Of a stretch of 64,000 nt of DNA, positions 50,792 through 62,873 are shown one piece after another. Position numbers and translations under genes: made by a program. Numbering within the stretch: the first letter of the stretch is position 1; the number at the start of each line of letters is the position of its first letter. Origin of the DNA: Harriotta raleighana (taxonomy: Eukaryota); the NCBI GenBank assembly GCA_050575255.1, contig JBNZDD010013698.1, positions 5,776,314 through 5,840,313 on the forward strand, written 5' to 3'. The notes below the pieces were generated by a model. It made no database searches. It saw nothing but the letters and a program-made list of their open reading frames with translations, and was not told the origin of the DNA.

Positions 50792-51437
50792 NGGAGACGC
50801 TGGACAGTCATTATGACTGTCCAGCGTTTCGGGATGTAAATGATGTGAAAGGTGTTATACAAGTGTAATTTTGTTGTTAGAATGCGATGCAAGGGAAATC
50901 ATTGTTTCATCAAACTGGAGTTCAGTATAGATGCTGTTTTTAGTTTTAAATGTTAAAATGGCAATTTGCAGTTTTTCAAGAATTGTGATTATGCTACATT
51001 TCAGATTGAGTCTGTTATGAAATGATGAAATTTGAGTCACCAATTATCTGCATTTTTTTAGGTTAGAAACCCTCTGCAAGCTTGACATAGAGTTGGAGCC
51101 TTTAAAAATTCTTTGGCTGGCATCTTAGTTTGGGGCTGAGTGAGATCAAAAGAAAACATGTTTATATGACTTCAAAGGCAACATCTGACATCCTATTTTT
51201 AGATGTACAAATACATTATACATTAGTGGGTGTCTACAGATCTCCAACCATGTTGAGGGAGAGCGGGATACAATGTCCACAGTTGAGCATTTAACAGCAG
51301 ATAGAGCCCTGTGTAGGAATTAGGAGTTGGAACATCTTGTGTCCAGTGCCCTGGCTACAGTCAGCACAAACTGAGAAATGGCTTTCATGCTAAACCTGGT
51401 TGTATCTTCATGCAATGAATCATCAGGAAAGCCTATA

Positions 51438-51902
51438 CAGGTAGACCCCGCTTAATGTCGTAGTTTGGTTCTTGCGAAGTGCGACTTTAAGCAACATGAC
51501 CTTAAGAGAAGACATTTTTCCCAAAAGAATGAATGTAAAAACTGGAGTTAGTTCTTTTGGACAATTTGCGTCAAAATGTTCCGAAAAAACCATTGTACAG
51601 TACTCGCGTTATACTGCACGCCCGGCTCACTCACTCGCTCCCTGACTTGACTGCCTGGCTCACTCACTCACAACTGGTCTCACTCACTCACTGACAGTCT
51701 CACTTGCTACTGGCTGTCTCTCTCTCTCTTGTTGCCGGCCTGGCTCACTCCCAGGTCCTAACGCAGACGTGCGCCCTTTCCACCCACTGGACAACGATGT
51801 AATAGTGAATGTCGCAAGTTAAATGAATATATGTTCCCAATGTATCAGCAATGTAATAATGAGAAAATGTTAACTGAGGCGATGTTAAGTAGGGTCTACC
51901 TG
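51438..51902. mobile_element. Tigger-like MITE, family C
   Basis: TA-caggtagaccccgcttaatgtcg ... cgatgttaagtagggtctacctg-TA; internal (ctca)n repeats. Confidence 0.87.
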
Positions 51903-52924
51903 TATATGTTTTGTTGTATTTGAAGGCTGAGGTAGCCAGTGGTGGCACTCATTATGGAATACTTTTCTGCTTTCAAATTAATTTTAGCTGCTATGATGAT
52001 TTTGAAAGGAAAAGATGCTCTGTGAAATGGGTTGGAGCTAATACTTATACTCAGTGCTATGATCGCAGTGTCTATTGCCAAGGCAATCATGCCAAAGGGT
52101 TAGTTTTTGAGCTCCACAGCCTTCTGGTGCTTTCAGAGCAGAAAATACTAAATGTCTTCTGCCTCAGCTGTGTAAACAGTGAAAGCATTACTGAGCATCA
52201 ATATTAGCATCACAAGTTCCATGTTCATATTCTTGAAATGGAGGATAAATGCAAAATTAAAAACACAAAGACCATTATCTGATTACCTGCTGAGAATGAA
52301 TACACAGGCATCCACACTCACTGCCGTATTTACAAAATCTGCTTAAATAATTCACTAATAATGCAACATTCAACATACTCTTCTGAACAGAGGCAGAAGA
52401 CCTGATGATTTTATTGTTGGGCACTTGGATGAATTAAGTACATGCCACTTGGTGGTTTTGAACTCTCCTTTTAAATCCCTCTGACTTCTCTTCTTGTCTT
52501 CAACCTCTGTTCGACATGTATCTCTTTGACTGTACAGGCAGTGGCATCCTTCAGTTCCCTCTCTACCTTTCTTCTGTTCGATAAATACTATTGTGTATAT
52601 GAAATGCTTTGATGTATTCATTCTACATGAAGGACACTAAATACTTGTGAACTTGTATCAGATGATAAAGAATTGAAGCAGGTCAGAGATTCCACATAGA
52701 CTTTAACTGCAGTTGTTTTACTGTTTGTGTCGGATGAGGACTTAAAGCAGCTAAAGCAGCAAGTAGTTCGTTGTGCAATCTTACTCATTACAAAATGGGT
52801 GTAGCTTTATCAAAAGTTGCGTTCTGTAGGGTAATGGACTGACATTCAACAAAATTGAGAAAGCAGGAAGTTCAAGAGTTCAATGAACCATCAACTCAGC
52901 CTTGATATGCAATGTGCTTCAACT

Positions 52925-53112
52925 GAAAACCAATCGGTGAAAATCCTCAGCACGAGAATCAACATTTGGAAGAGAAAAATAGGGTCAGTATTTTTGATGT
53001 GACCCTTCAGTAGAACAGTTCTGTTGTAATGTCCTTCCCGTAACGTTAGCTTCCACATGCTCTTTCAGATGCTGGATTGATTACATGTGAATTTCCAGCA
53101 ATTGCTCTTTTT
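52925..53112. mobile_element. Ancient decayed palindromic PLE-terminal-like remnant
   Basis: gacccttcagtagaacagttctg centre, aacgttagc, and cagatgctg...ttccagcaatt resemble the 4542 and 37347 layout. Confidence 0.4.
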
Positions 53113-53555
53113 CTGTACACAGCGTACTGGAAACTGATTCAACGCACGATTGAGTGACTCTCCAATTAAAGGAGGGCATTGCACTTGGCATTGCACTTGC
53201 TGTTTTTCATGCTGTGAGCCTGAATTGATGCACTCCATGCATTTAATCTTTACCTTGATCATCTCCATGAGCAGCCCTGGAATAAATGCATGCGGTACCA
53301 TGGGGTGGTAGGACACGGATTTGTGTCTGATGTCTTCCCTGCATGGTGAGTTTCGACCTTGCCCTTGACAGTGAGATGATATAGAGAGTGAGGACACTAG
53401 GAGGTGTTCCTGTGGGGAGATAAGTCATCATATGGCAGTGTTAGCTAACTGTTGCTTTGGCTGGACGAGTAAAAGTAACCTGAGAGATGTGTAGGGAGCA
53501 AAATTAGGTTAATGATTGGTGTAAGGTTTTTATAAACATATTAGTATCTATCCGT

Positions 53556-53868
53556 GGAGTCCTGTTGCTCAGTGGTTAGAGCACTCGCCTTACAAGCGTA
53601 AGACCTGTGTTCTAATCCAGGCAGATCAGGGCGAAAACTTGGGCAAGTTTCCTTACTCCACAAGCCTAATAATAATCTCTCCAAAAAAAAACAATAAAAT
53701 TGGTCATATCAATCCACGATTGTTTGTGGGACACTGCTGTGCGCAATTGGCTACCGCGTTTCACCCAAAAATATACAGTCAATTTACTTTACAGTACATT
53801 CTGTGAAGCGCTTTGAGACATCTAGAAGACATGAAAAGCGCTACATCAAATGCAAGGATTATTATTAT
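53556..53868 (+). mobile_element. Full-length tRNA-derived SINE
   Basis: Complete head, core and tail. An imperfect direct repeat taaggttttt.taaa.ata lies on both sides. Confidence 0.9.
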
Positions 53869-54470
53869 CTAAGGTTTTTCTAAATATACAGTAATAACCA
53901 TGAGGAATTTCCATAGATGTACAAGCTTTGAGCTTTTCTTTTCCATTTTATTTCAGTAACTGGAATCTTGAATCACTGACCTTGTTCAGTATTGCTTTTA
54001 GACTCTGAGTTCTAAGGTCAGCATTGGTTAGTTAATGTCTGTGCATTTGCCGAGGATAAGCAGATCTTTACAGGTGCTGTTTACCAGCATACCAGGTTAC
54101 CATCTTATTTAAAAAAATGTTTTATGGCTCTCAACATGACCTTTAACATGAATTAATTTCTATTGTTGAAACAAGTTCCTAGTAGTTGATGAGTAAACCT
54201 AATGCTATTGAACCTGGATTTTCCAAAGATGTGTTTCCACCGTGGCAAAGGCTGATAAGGAAACTCTTGAGGTTTGAGACACCAGTTGCAAGAATATGTT
54301 ACCTGGAATCCAGGTCCATAAATACATGTTCCTATATTCAAGGTATCTTGGTATCCACCTTGATTGGGTGGGTTTAGCAGAGAGGTAAGCAGCTACTGAT
54401 CAAGCTCCTCACTTTCAATGGGTGGAACTATCTATCACTCAGTTGGTAGGAGTGTGTTTCCATCTGTGGA

Positions 54471-54723
54471 AGTGAGCCAGGCATGCAGTATAATGTGAGT
54501 ATAATGTGTTTTTTTTGAACATTTTGATGCAAATTGTCCAAAAGAACCTAACTCCAGTTTTTACATTCATTCTTATGGGAAAAATGTATTCGCTTAACGT
54601 CATTTCGCTTAAAGTCGCACTTCACAAGAACCAAACTACAACATTAAGCTTGGTCTACTTGTATAGGCTTTCCTGATGATTCATTGCATGAAAATACAAC
54701 CAAGTTTAGCATGGAAGCCGTTT
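54471..54723 (-). repeat. Inverted copy of 51376-51631 (MITE family C left end plus flank)
   Basis: Reverse complement aligns across the TIR and continues into catgctaaac.tggttgtat.ttcatgcaatgaatcatcaggaaagccta. Confidence 0.88.
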
Positions 54724-55259
54724 GATCATGCTGAGTTATACTGCCTACATATGCTCACTGTGTGGGTCTAAGCACAACTGGTAATTGAATATAAGAATCC
54801 AGTTGAGACCTGGTGGCACTCTAGGCAGGTACACCTCACTCCAATGCATTGTGTTGAAGGACTCACCAACCTTGGTTGTCAGTAGGACTTGGAGGAAAAG
54901 AGCAGACATTGGGGGCTGGAAGAGAGGAGATTTGAGGAGAGTGATCGTGGCAGTAGTGAGCATTGTTGCAGAGATGGGGGAAAGTGAGTGAGCAGTTTTG
55001 GAACAAGTTCCTACTTTTTGTAGAAATTCAGCTGTTCTTTACATGAGCTGAGATATCTGATCCTGAACTCCTGGAAGACTCTTCCTACAGTATAAAAGAA
55101 ACACATAACAGAGATTGAAATAGCAAAGATAATTATAGGAACCAATAGAAGGAAAAATATTCTCTTGGGAAGATGCACAAATATAATCCAAACATCTCTG
55201 GAGCAACACTCCTTACACAGCACTGGAGACTGTTTATATCCAGGTTAGAAAGAGAAGAC

Positions 55260-55642
55260 AAATGTGAATTTAAATTGCTCTTTTCAAAGAGCTGGCACAG
55301 ACACGATGGGCCGAATGGCCTCCTTTTGTGCTGTAATATTCTATGATTCTATGACATGGACAGCATTTGTAAGTATTCTTATGGACAATCCTCACTATGG
55401 AACTTATCCCGCAGTCCCTCCGCCTTGCTTCCTCCCTTTCCTCCTTCAAGGCCGGTCTCAAGACCTGTTTCGACCACGTCTTCAGCTCCCCACCGACTCT
55501 TCCCCCTCTCCCACTCTCCTTCCTCCTCCCTCTACCCCTGACCCTTCCCCCTGCTTGGGTCCCGACCTGACAGTTCAGTGCTTTGGGACGTCCTCCCGAT
55601 GTGAAAGGCATTATCCAAGTGTAATTTTGTTGTTGTTGTTGT
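55260..55642 (+). mobile_element. CR1 tail (55260-55353) followed by L2 3' fragment (55365-55642)
   Basis: gatgggccgaatggcctccttttgtgctgtaatattctatgattctatg, then ccgcagtccctccgccttgcttcctccc...(ttg)n. Confidence 0.8.
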
Positions 55643-57644
55643 AATCATTACCTTGAACTGAGTCTGCCTTTATTCAGACATGAATCCCAGGATGGGTATA
55701 TTTGCATGATCTGAGAAAAATTCTGCCTGACATATTTTGATATATTGTGTTAACTGAAAGTATGCATGAGAATTTACTGGTGCAGCACCTCTGAGTCACA
55801 TCCCCTGATTTATTGCAGCTGATTTATTAAAGGTGCCTATTAATTTTTTTCTGTGGCAGCATAATATTACCTTTTTCCAAATCCCACCACAGGAAGTCTG
55901 ATGGAGAACGACAGGCTTCTGTGTAGTTTTCTGCGCAGTGCATCTGTTCAGATACGGCAAGTCATCCGATATTAATAAACCCTCATGATAAATGGGCAAT
56001 GGTAATGCAGAGTGCCATACGTTTGGACTCCAGGTGCAAATTTATTTGCTGTTTTGGATAGGCTGGACCTCCAGGACAGAAATAATATATTTTTAAAAAA
56101 GACAAAACATAATAGCAATTTTATAAATAGCTGTGTTTATTCACCCACTGGTGTTGAAATAATGAGGGTGCAATTTTTTTAAAGAAACTTGTTCATGACG
56201 AATAAAACGATGATGTTATGTGTTTCAAATGCCAATTTCAGAGTGGGCTGAAGACAGATCACTTTTCATCAGTAAAGTACTATTGTAGCATGCGATCTTT
56301 CGAGAAGGCTCACAGATGTGGTGTTTGGAAGAATTTAGAGTGTACACTAAAAAGTTATTCAACTTTTAGATTATATTGGAGAGGAAATTTGGTAATTACG
56401 CCCTACCTTCTGTAAGTGTAAAAGATGCTTCAAGTATCCTTCAGTGATTAAATAAAACACAATGATCAGAAGTTTTCTCATCCTTACTAAGCAAAGTTTG
56501 GCCACTTTTCAGTCCTTCCCACCTAGGGAAATATGGCCAGGGTACATCTCACAGAGTGCCAGCAAAATCACTATCAATGGCTGGTTAAAATAGCTGCAAG
56601 TCTAACTCTAACACTCGGAATCAACTTCATTATTCTGCTTGGCAAAGGCCTGGACAACTCCTTATTTTTGGGGTGATCAGAAGCACCTAAAGAACTGCTT
56701 CTAATTTAGCAGAGCAAAAACGATTAATAGAATTTATAATTTATTTCATCATGATGTGTTGGAGGAAAAGGGAAAAGAGTTTGAGACTTGCTGCTCCAGG
56801 ATATTGAGAGTTAAAGTGCACACAGTTTTTAATCAAGTAAATTTATGTTACTTTTAGAATTATTCTAAAATAACCTTCGTTGTTCTGCATTTCTTCTGTA
56901 ATGTGATGGCTTTATTAGTTTAAAATACGCAGTAATTAAAACATAGGAACCTGCAGTCTGTTGATGCGGAAAGATAATTAACCTGCATTAAAATGTACAT
57001 TACACAGTATCTGTAAACCTACCTGTGAATTGTTGCTTCAAAGATTGGCTATAACTGTTCTATGAATCATTCTATCTTAACCTTATCCAGAAGCAAAGTG
57101 TTGCCTACTAATGTACTGTTCCCAACAGTCATTTTGATCTCTTGAATAGACTGTTGTTCACCTAGATCACCTAGATGTCACCCTAATGATGAATACATGC
57201 GAAAATCAGTTTCACAGTGAACAGGTTTCATCAATACTCAACAGCAAAAGCAATCGGCGATCAATTCCATTCAAGGTTGCTGGCTGATACATGTGCAGAC
57301 ATCGAGTGCATTCTTCATTTCCCAGAGGCTTGAAATGCATTTGACAAGGTCTCAAACCGCCTTGTGTTGTGACATTAACACGATTAATTGCTGCAGTTAT
57401 TTGGATAAACATTCAAGGTGGTATGGCCCAAAGGATTTTTTAGACATGGAAAAATTGTAGCAAACTGCCATTTTCAATCACAACTTCAGGAGAGCATCAC
57501 TCTAACCTCCATAAATTACTATTTCTGTCTTACAGGTAAATTACCATATCATGTATTTTATGGTGGTTATGGGTATTAATTTAATTCCTAAAACATTGGT
57601 CTTAATATTAATTTTGTGAGCATTCAGCCTGGGGTTTCTGAGCA

Positions 57645-58030
57645 TTCAGCCTGGCTGAGTTGGCAGCATTCTTGCCTGAAGGTCAGAAGGTTGTGGGTTC
57701 AAGCCCCATATCAGGTCTGTGAATTCACATTGTCTATGCTGATGCTTCAATACAGTGCTCTGGATGTGTTACGTTAGTGGAGGTGCCATCCTTCGGATGA
57801 GATGTCAAACCAAGGCTCTGCCTGCATGTTCAGATGGATGTTAAACATTCCAGGACATTATTTGAAAAGGGAAGAGAGTTTTTCTTAGTGTCCTAGCCAC
57901 AAAATCCACCAGAAAATATGGTCATTCACTTCACGGCAATTTTGGAATGTTGTGTGCATATGGGATGATGTGTTTGCCTATGAAATGCAGTCACTACACT
58001 TTCCAGTAAATCCTGTGAAGTGCTTTGCGA
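57645..58030 (+). mobile_element. Older tRNA-headed SINE with long Deu domain
   Basis: tggctgagttggc..ggttgtgggttcaagcccc head; ggaggtgccatccttcggatgagatgtcaaacc Deu-like block; tail ctgtgaagtgctttg. Confidence 0.7.
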
Positions 58031-58060
58031 TGAACCCCTCCCCCACCCCCCCACCATGTG

Positions 58061-58413
58061 AACAACAACAAAATTATACTTGTACAGCGCCTTTCACGTC
58101 AGGAGGCATCCCAAGGCAGTCTCTACTGAGCAGAGGATGCGGGCAGGCTGGTAGGGGGTTAGGAGGTCACAGAGGTAGGATGGGGCGAGGACATGGAGGG
58201 CTTTGAGAACCAGGCTCTTGAATTGAATTCTCTCGATAACGGGAGCCAATGGAGTCGGGCAAGTATGGGGGAGATGGGGTCACGAAACTTGGAGTGGTAG
58301 AGGACACAGGCCGCAGAGTTCTGAATTATCTGCAGCCTATGGAGGGAGGAATTGGGAAGTCCGACAAGCAGGGTGTTGGCGTAGTCAAGCCTGGATGTGA
58401 TGAAGGCATGAAT
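58061..58413 (-). mobile_element. L2 3' fragment running into an assembly gap
   Basis: [40 protein letters not shown]. Confidence 0.88.
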
Positions 58414-58928
58414 NNNNNNNNNNNNNNNNNNNNNNNNNNNNNNNNNNNNNNNNNNNNNNNNNNNNNNNNNNNNNNNNNNNNNNNNNNNNNNNNNNNNNNN
58501 NNNNNNNNNNNNNNNNNNNNNNNNNNNNNNNNNNNNNNNNNNNNNNNNNNNNNNNNNNNNNNNNNNNNNNNNNNNNNNNNNNNNNNNNNNNNNNNNNNNN
58601 NNNNNNNNNNNNNNNNNNNNNNNNNNNNNNNNNNNNNNNNNNNNNNNNNNNNNNNNNNNNNNNNNNNNNNNNNNNNNNNNNNNNNNNNNNNNNNNNNNNN
58701 NNNNNNNNNNNNNNNNNNNNNNNNNNNNNNNNNNNNNNNNNNNNNNNNNNNNNNNNNNNNNNNNNNNNNNNNNNNNNNNNNNNNNNNNNNNNNNNNNNNN
58801 NNNNNNNNNNNNNNNNNNNNNNNNNNNNNNNNNNNNNNNNNNNNNNNNNNNNNNNNNNNNNNNNNNNNNNNNNNNNNNNNNNNNNNNNNNNNNNNNNNNN
58901 NNNNNNNNNNNNNNNNNNNNNNNNNNNN
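58414..58928. other. Assembly gap (N run)
   Basis: Continuous n. A smaller gap lies at 62389-62431, and single n's at 8397, 21214 and 50792. Confidence 0.99.
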
Positions 58929-60665
58929 AAAGCATTGTTGCCTGGCACAATGGCGGAAAAACAACACTTTACATTTATCTTTATTCACAATCTGGTGCCT
59001 TTTATAAAACACAATTAACCACTTTGTGAAGCCCGAAAATTAGACAGTTTCATATTTATAATAATAATCCTTGCAGAATATTCTGTAAAGTGAATTGACT
59101 ATATTTGTGGATGAAATGCATCAGCAAAGTGCGCCCAGCAGTTGAATCCACGACTGTTTGTTTCATATTTGTAAACAAAATGTGCAATTAGTTGAAATCC
59201 TGTTTGCGAATATAGAAAATTTGACTCTTGAAATCCAGTGTTTTTATCCAGCTGGAGCTTGCCTGGAGAACCCATTTACGCACAGCACATTATTGCTGCC
59301 AACTAGTAATGCATCAGCAAATTCAAATTAAGAGCAACCTGTGTTGCTCAACCTGTGTTGTAATACAAACCTTTCAAACTGAGAGTTGAGCTCAGTCGGC
59401 CTTTCTAAGATGGACAGTCGCACAATGCTCAATTAGATGAATGAGGGGCAATGACATGAATTTGAACTCTTTGATTAAATTGAAGCTTCATTGCTCCACG
59501 CAACCAACCATTGTAGGAAGTATGTGAAGCCCTTGTGAACTGTTTGTCCGTGGAAGTTGTGGTGACTCATATTTTACAAACCACTCATCAGTACCTTCTT
59601 GTTTCAGTAAGAAAAGTTTGAAGTCTGATTTGCAGCAATTCTTACAGATTTCTTAATGAAAAAATGAGTTCTTCAGCACTTTTGATGTTTTAGAAAATTG
59701 ACAATTACACGTTTCCTATTTTGAAAAAATCCATCAGATAAACAGTGGATTTGAGCCAATTACATGAAATATTTAACAAACTTCATAAGCTTCTTTCTAT
59801 CATCACACTTGGATTGTTTTTTTTTGTAAATGGGTATCCTGGGAATCATTTGCCTCCCATATGCTTATGGAACTCTAATATTTTATCACCAGTTAAAAAT
59901 GCTTTCTTAATTGGTATAACTCAACTAAACTGCTTTACATATTACCACAGCAACATGTTTTGGATGATTTGTGTTGTGGCGTGTTTCAATGTTTAATTTT
60001 CTGACATTTCCTCATTAATTTCTTCATGCCTCTGACAGCAGTGGTAAGAAGTTTTAACTAACAGTAAATGCTTTTATTCTGTCTACATTATTGTGGCAGA
60101 GCATATCTATCTTTGTCCCACAGCAGTTTTGTCCCACACGGGATTTATTTTAGCCTAGCTCATTTTCAAAGTTAGTGTATGGCATTAAAACATTTACAAA
60201 TTGAATATGAATTGGAATGATCTGCTGAAGAAATAATTTCATCAGTTCCACAGCTGCGTAGATGCTTCGAACAATCACTTAATGGTACGAATACTAATGA
60301 GAACATTCTGAGTTTAGTTCTGTGGCAAGTTTAGTAAGTTGAATGTGAACTCCCCCTTCAATTTACAAAAAGGGACGCTTTACGAAGCGCTAGTATATTG
60401 TCACATGGTTACTGTTTATCATAAAGCAGGGTAGAGATTTAGCACATCAGCCTGGCTCAGTTGATTGCAATTTTGCCTTAAAGTCAGAAAGTTATAGGTT
60501 CAAGCCCAACATTGGGACTTGGAACATCCATGTTGACATTCTGGGAGATGTATTGTTGAAAATGCCTATTCAGATAGATGTTATACAACCTGTCCAACAC
60601 TCCCAAATAAGTTTTAAAAATGGTCACTTACACCATGGCTGTTTATGGGACATTGCTGTGTGCAC

Positions 60666-61199
60666 AAGAACATAACATAACACACGCTAGATGAAAAAAG
60701 ACCAAGGTCCATCTACTTCGCCTTCCACCTTCCTGGCAGTTGCATGCACATATGTCTCAAACTACCTATCTATTATATCTCATAATGTTATTTCCTAAAA
60801 GAAAATAATCTAATCTGTGTTTGAAAGAATCACACTTTCTGCTTCAACCATCTCCCTGGAGAGCCTGTTCCACTTTTCTCTTACTTTTCTCTTTGCGTAG
60901 ATTTGTTCTGAATTCATCTCCCTTCAATCCGTGTCCTCCGATTCTATATTTTGGACAAGTTGAAACAGCCTGTCATTATATATATTGTCTTGCCCCATTA
61001 GAATCTTAAAGACAACAATTATGTCACCTCTCAATCTTACTTTTACCAGTGTGGCTATCTACACTTTCTTTTGTTGGCAGTACATTATGAGGTACATTAC
61101 ATAGGTAGTTTGGAACATATGTGCATCCAACTATCAGGAAGGTGGAAGGCAAATTAGATGGACCTTAGTCTTTCTTTGTCTAGCATTTCTTATGTTCTT
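60666..61199. mobile_element. Two CR1-type 3' ends in opposite orientation
   Basis: Minus copy from aagaacataa (60666) extends into decayed ORF2 (ccctggagagcctgttccac); plus copy at 61101-61199 ends ttcttatgttctt. Confidence 0.7.
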
Positions 61200-61487
61200 A
61201 CTTTGAAAGTCAATAAGAAACAGCAACATTTTCTTAATTAAATTCTTGTATAAAACACAATAGTTCAAAGTTTTCTACAAAGTAACATTGTTTCATCCTA
61301 TTCAGCACCCTCGCTTTTAGAGATGTTGGAGATGAGATGGGCTGAAGGATTGTGAAGAGCAATTCACACTGAGGTTAAGCAGCTACAATAGGTTGCCAGA
61401 CAAGGTTAGTAGGGGTCAGACACAAGATTTATTTGAGAAACATTTTGATGGTGTAATGGGAAGATTGGGTATGATATAATATACATA

Positions 61488-61803
61488 GAGTCCTGTAGCT
61501 CAGTGATTAGAGCACTTGCCTTATAAGAGTGAGACCTGTGTTCAAATCCTGCCAGGTCAGTGTGAAACCTTGGGCAAGTTTCCTTACTCCACACGCCTAA
61601 TAATGATCCCTCAAAAAAAAACACAATAATAAAATTGGTCATATTAATCCACGACTGTTTGTGGGACACTGCTGTGAGCAATTGGCTGCTGCGTTTTACC
61701 CACAAATATTTCGTCAATTCACTTTACAGTATATTCTGTGAAGTGCTTTTAAACATCTAGAAGATGTGAAAAGCGCTATATCAAAGTCAAGGATTATTAT
61801 TAT
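61488..61803 (+). mobile_element. Full-length tRNA-derived SINE
   Basis: Head, core and tail, followed by (TA)n. Confidence 0.9.
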
Positions 61804-62046
61804 ATATATATATATATATACAGTATATAGTTTGGAACACGACATGTTAAGCGACTGCCAGGATGGTGGAAGGCAACCTGGAAGGACTTTGGTCTTATTC
61901 GAACAGCAAATTCTTATTTTCTTATGGCATTGTGGATATTCTGGGTGAATAACATCAAATAAACTGACAAAACTTTATCTGAGTGTTTCTGTTGCACTTG
62001 TAATAGCCGTGAGATTCTACTGTACCATTTCATAAATAATTAAGTA

Positions 62047-62873
62047 CAGTAAACCCTCGTCGATTGTGGGGGTTACATTCCTGGAAAACTATGCACTCAA
62101 TAAAATTGCGTTGAGTAAGCTTAACAAGTAATGGGAAAAGAGGGGGTTAGGGGAATCCAGTCGGAAGCTACCCACCTTAAGCCTCCAGGCACATCCACAC
62201 CCGACATGTAAGGTACGTACTGAGGTGGGCTACAGGCTGGCCCCCACCTCGCTCCGCCCCCCTTTCTCCCCGCTCTTGTTGCAGCCCCCCCTTCCTGCTC
62301 TCGTCTTCCCGAACAAACGGGAACTGGGCAAATCGGGGGAACCCGGGATGGAGGCAGAGAGAAACCGGGGGGGGGGGGGGGGGGGGGGNNNNNNNNNNNN
62401 NNNNNNNNNNNNNNNNNNNNNNNNNNNNNNNGGGGGCAGAGAGCCACAGGTGGTCAGGACGGGAGATGTGACAGCTGGCCAGCTCTGGCTTTGTTATCAT
62501 CTTATTGTTATAAAGTGATAACAAAGCAGTAAAGCAATAAAACAAAGCAATAAAACCACAGCTAAACTAAATTACTGTTAAGAGACTCTCTCTCAGTCTC
62601 TTCTGTTTACCATGCAATGCCATCAGGATGTTCTGAGGCCGAAGAGTTATCAAAAACTTACATAAGAATGCATTGTGCACGGGGCCAGCCAGCCGAGGAA
62701 TCATCGGCTTTCATCGGGAGCTGTCAGCATCCTCACACGTGTACATGTGCGTGGGGGCCAACCAGCACGCATACACAAGTTTTACGTGCCCTGCACATAA
62801 AAGTGATGCTTTTGTTTCGTCGCATATACGTGAATTCGCAATCGATAAAGTTGCGTTCGAGGAGGGTTAACTG
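62047..62873. mobile_element. Tigger-like non-autonomous element, family D (contains gap)
   Basis: TA-cagtaaaccctcgtcga ... tcgaggagggttaactg-TA; GC-rich interior. Confidence 0.8.

Noticed and set aside
50724-50878. Duplicated L2 tail with a short inverted piece (gagacgctggacagtcatt)
   Set aside because: Centred on the n at 50792; most likely an assembly or chimeric-read artefact.
58159-59012. Long ORFs spanning the gap
   Set aside because: Artefacts of translating N runs.
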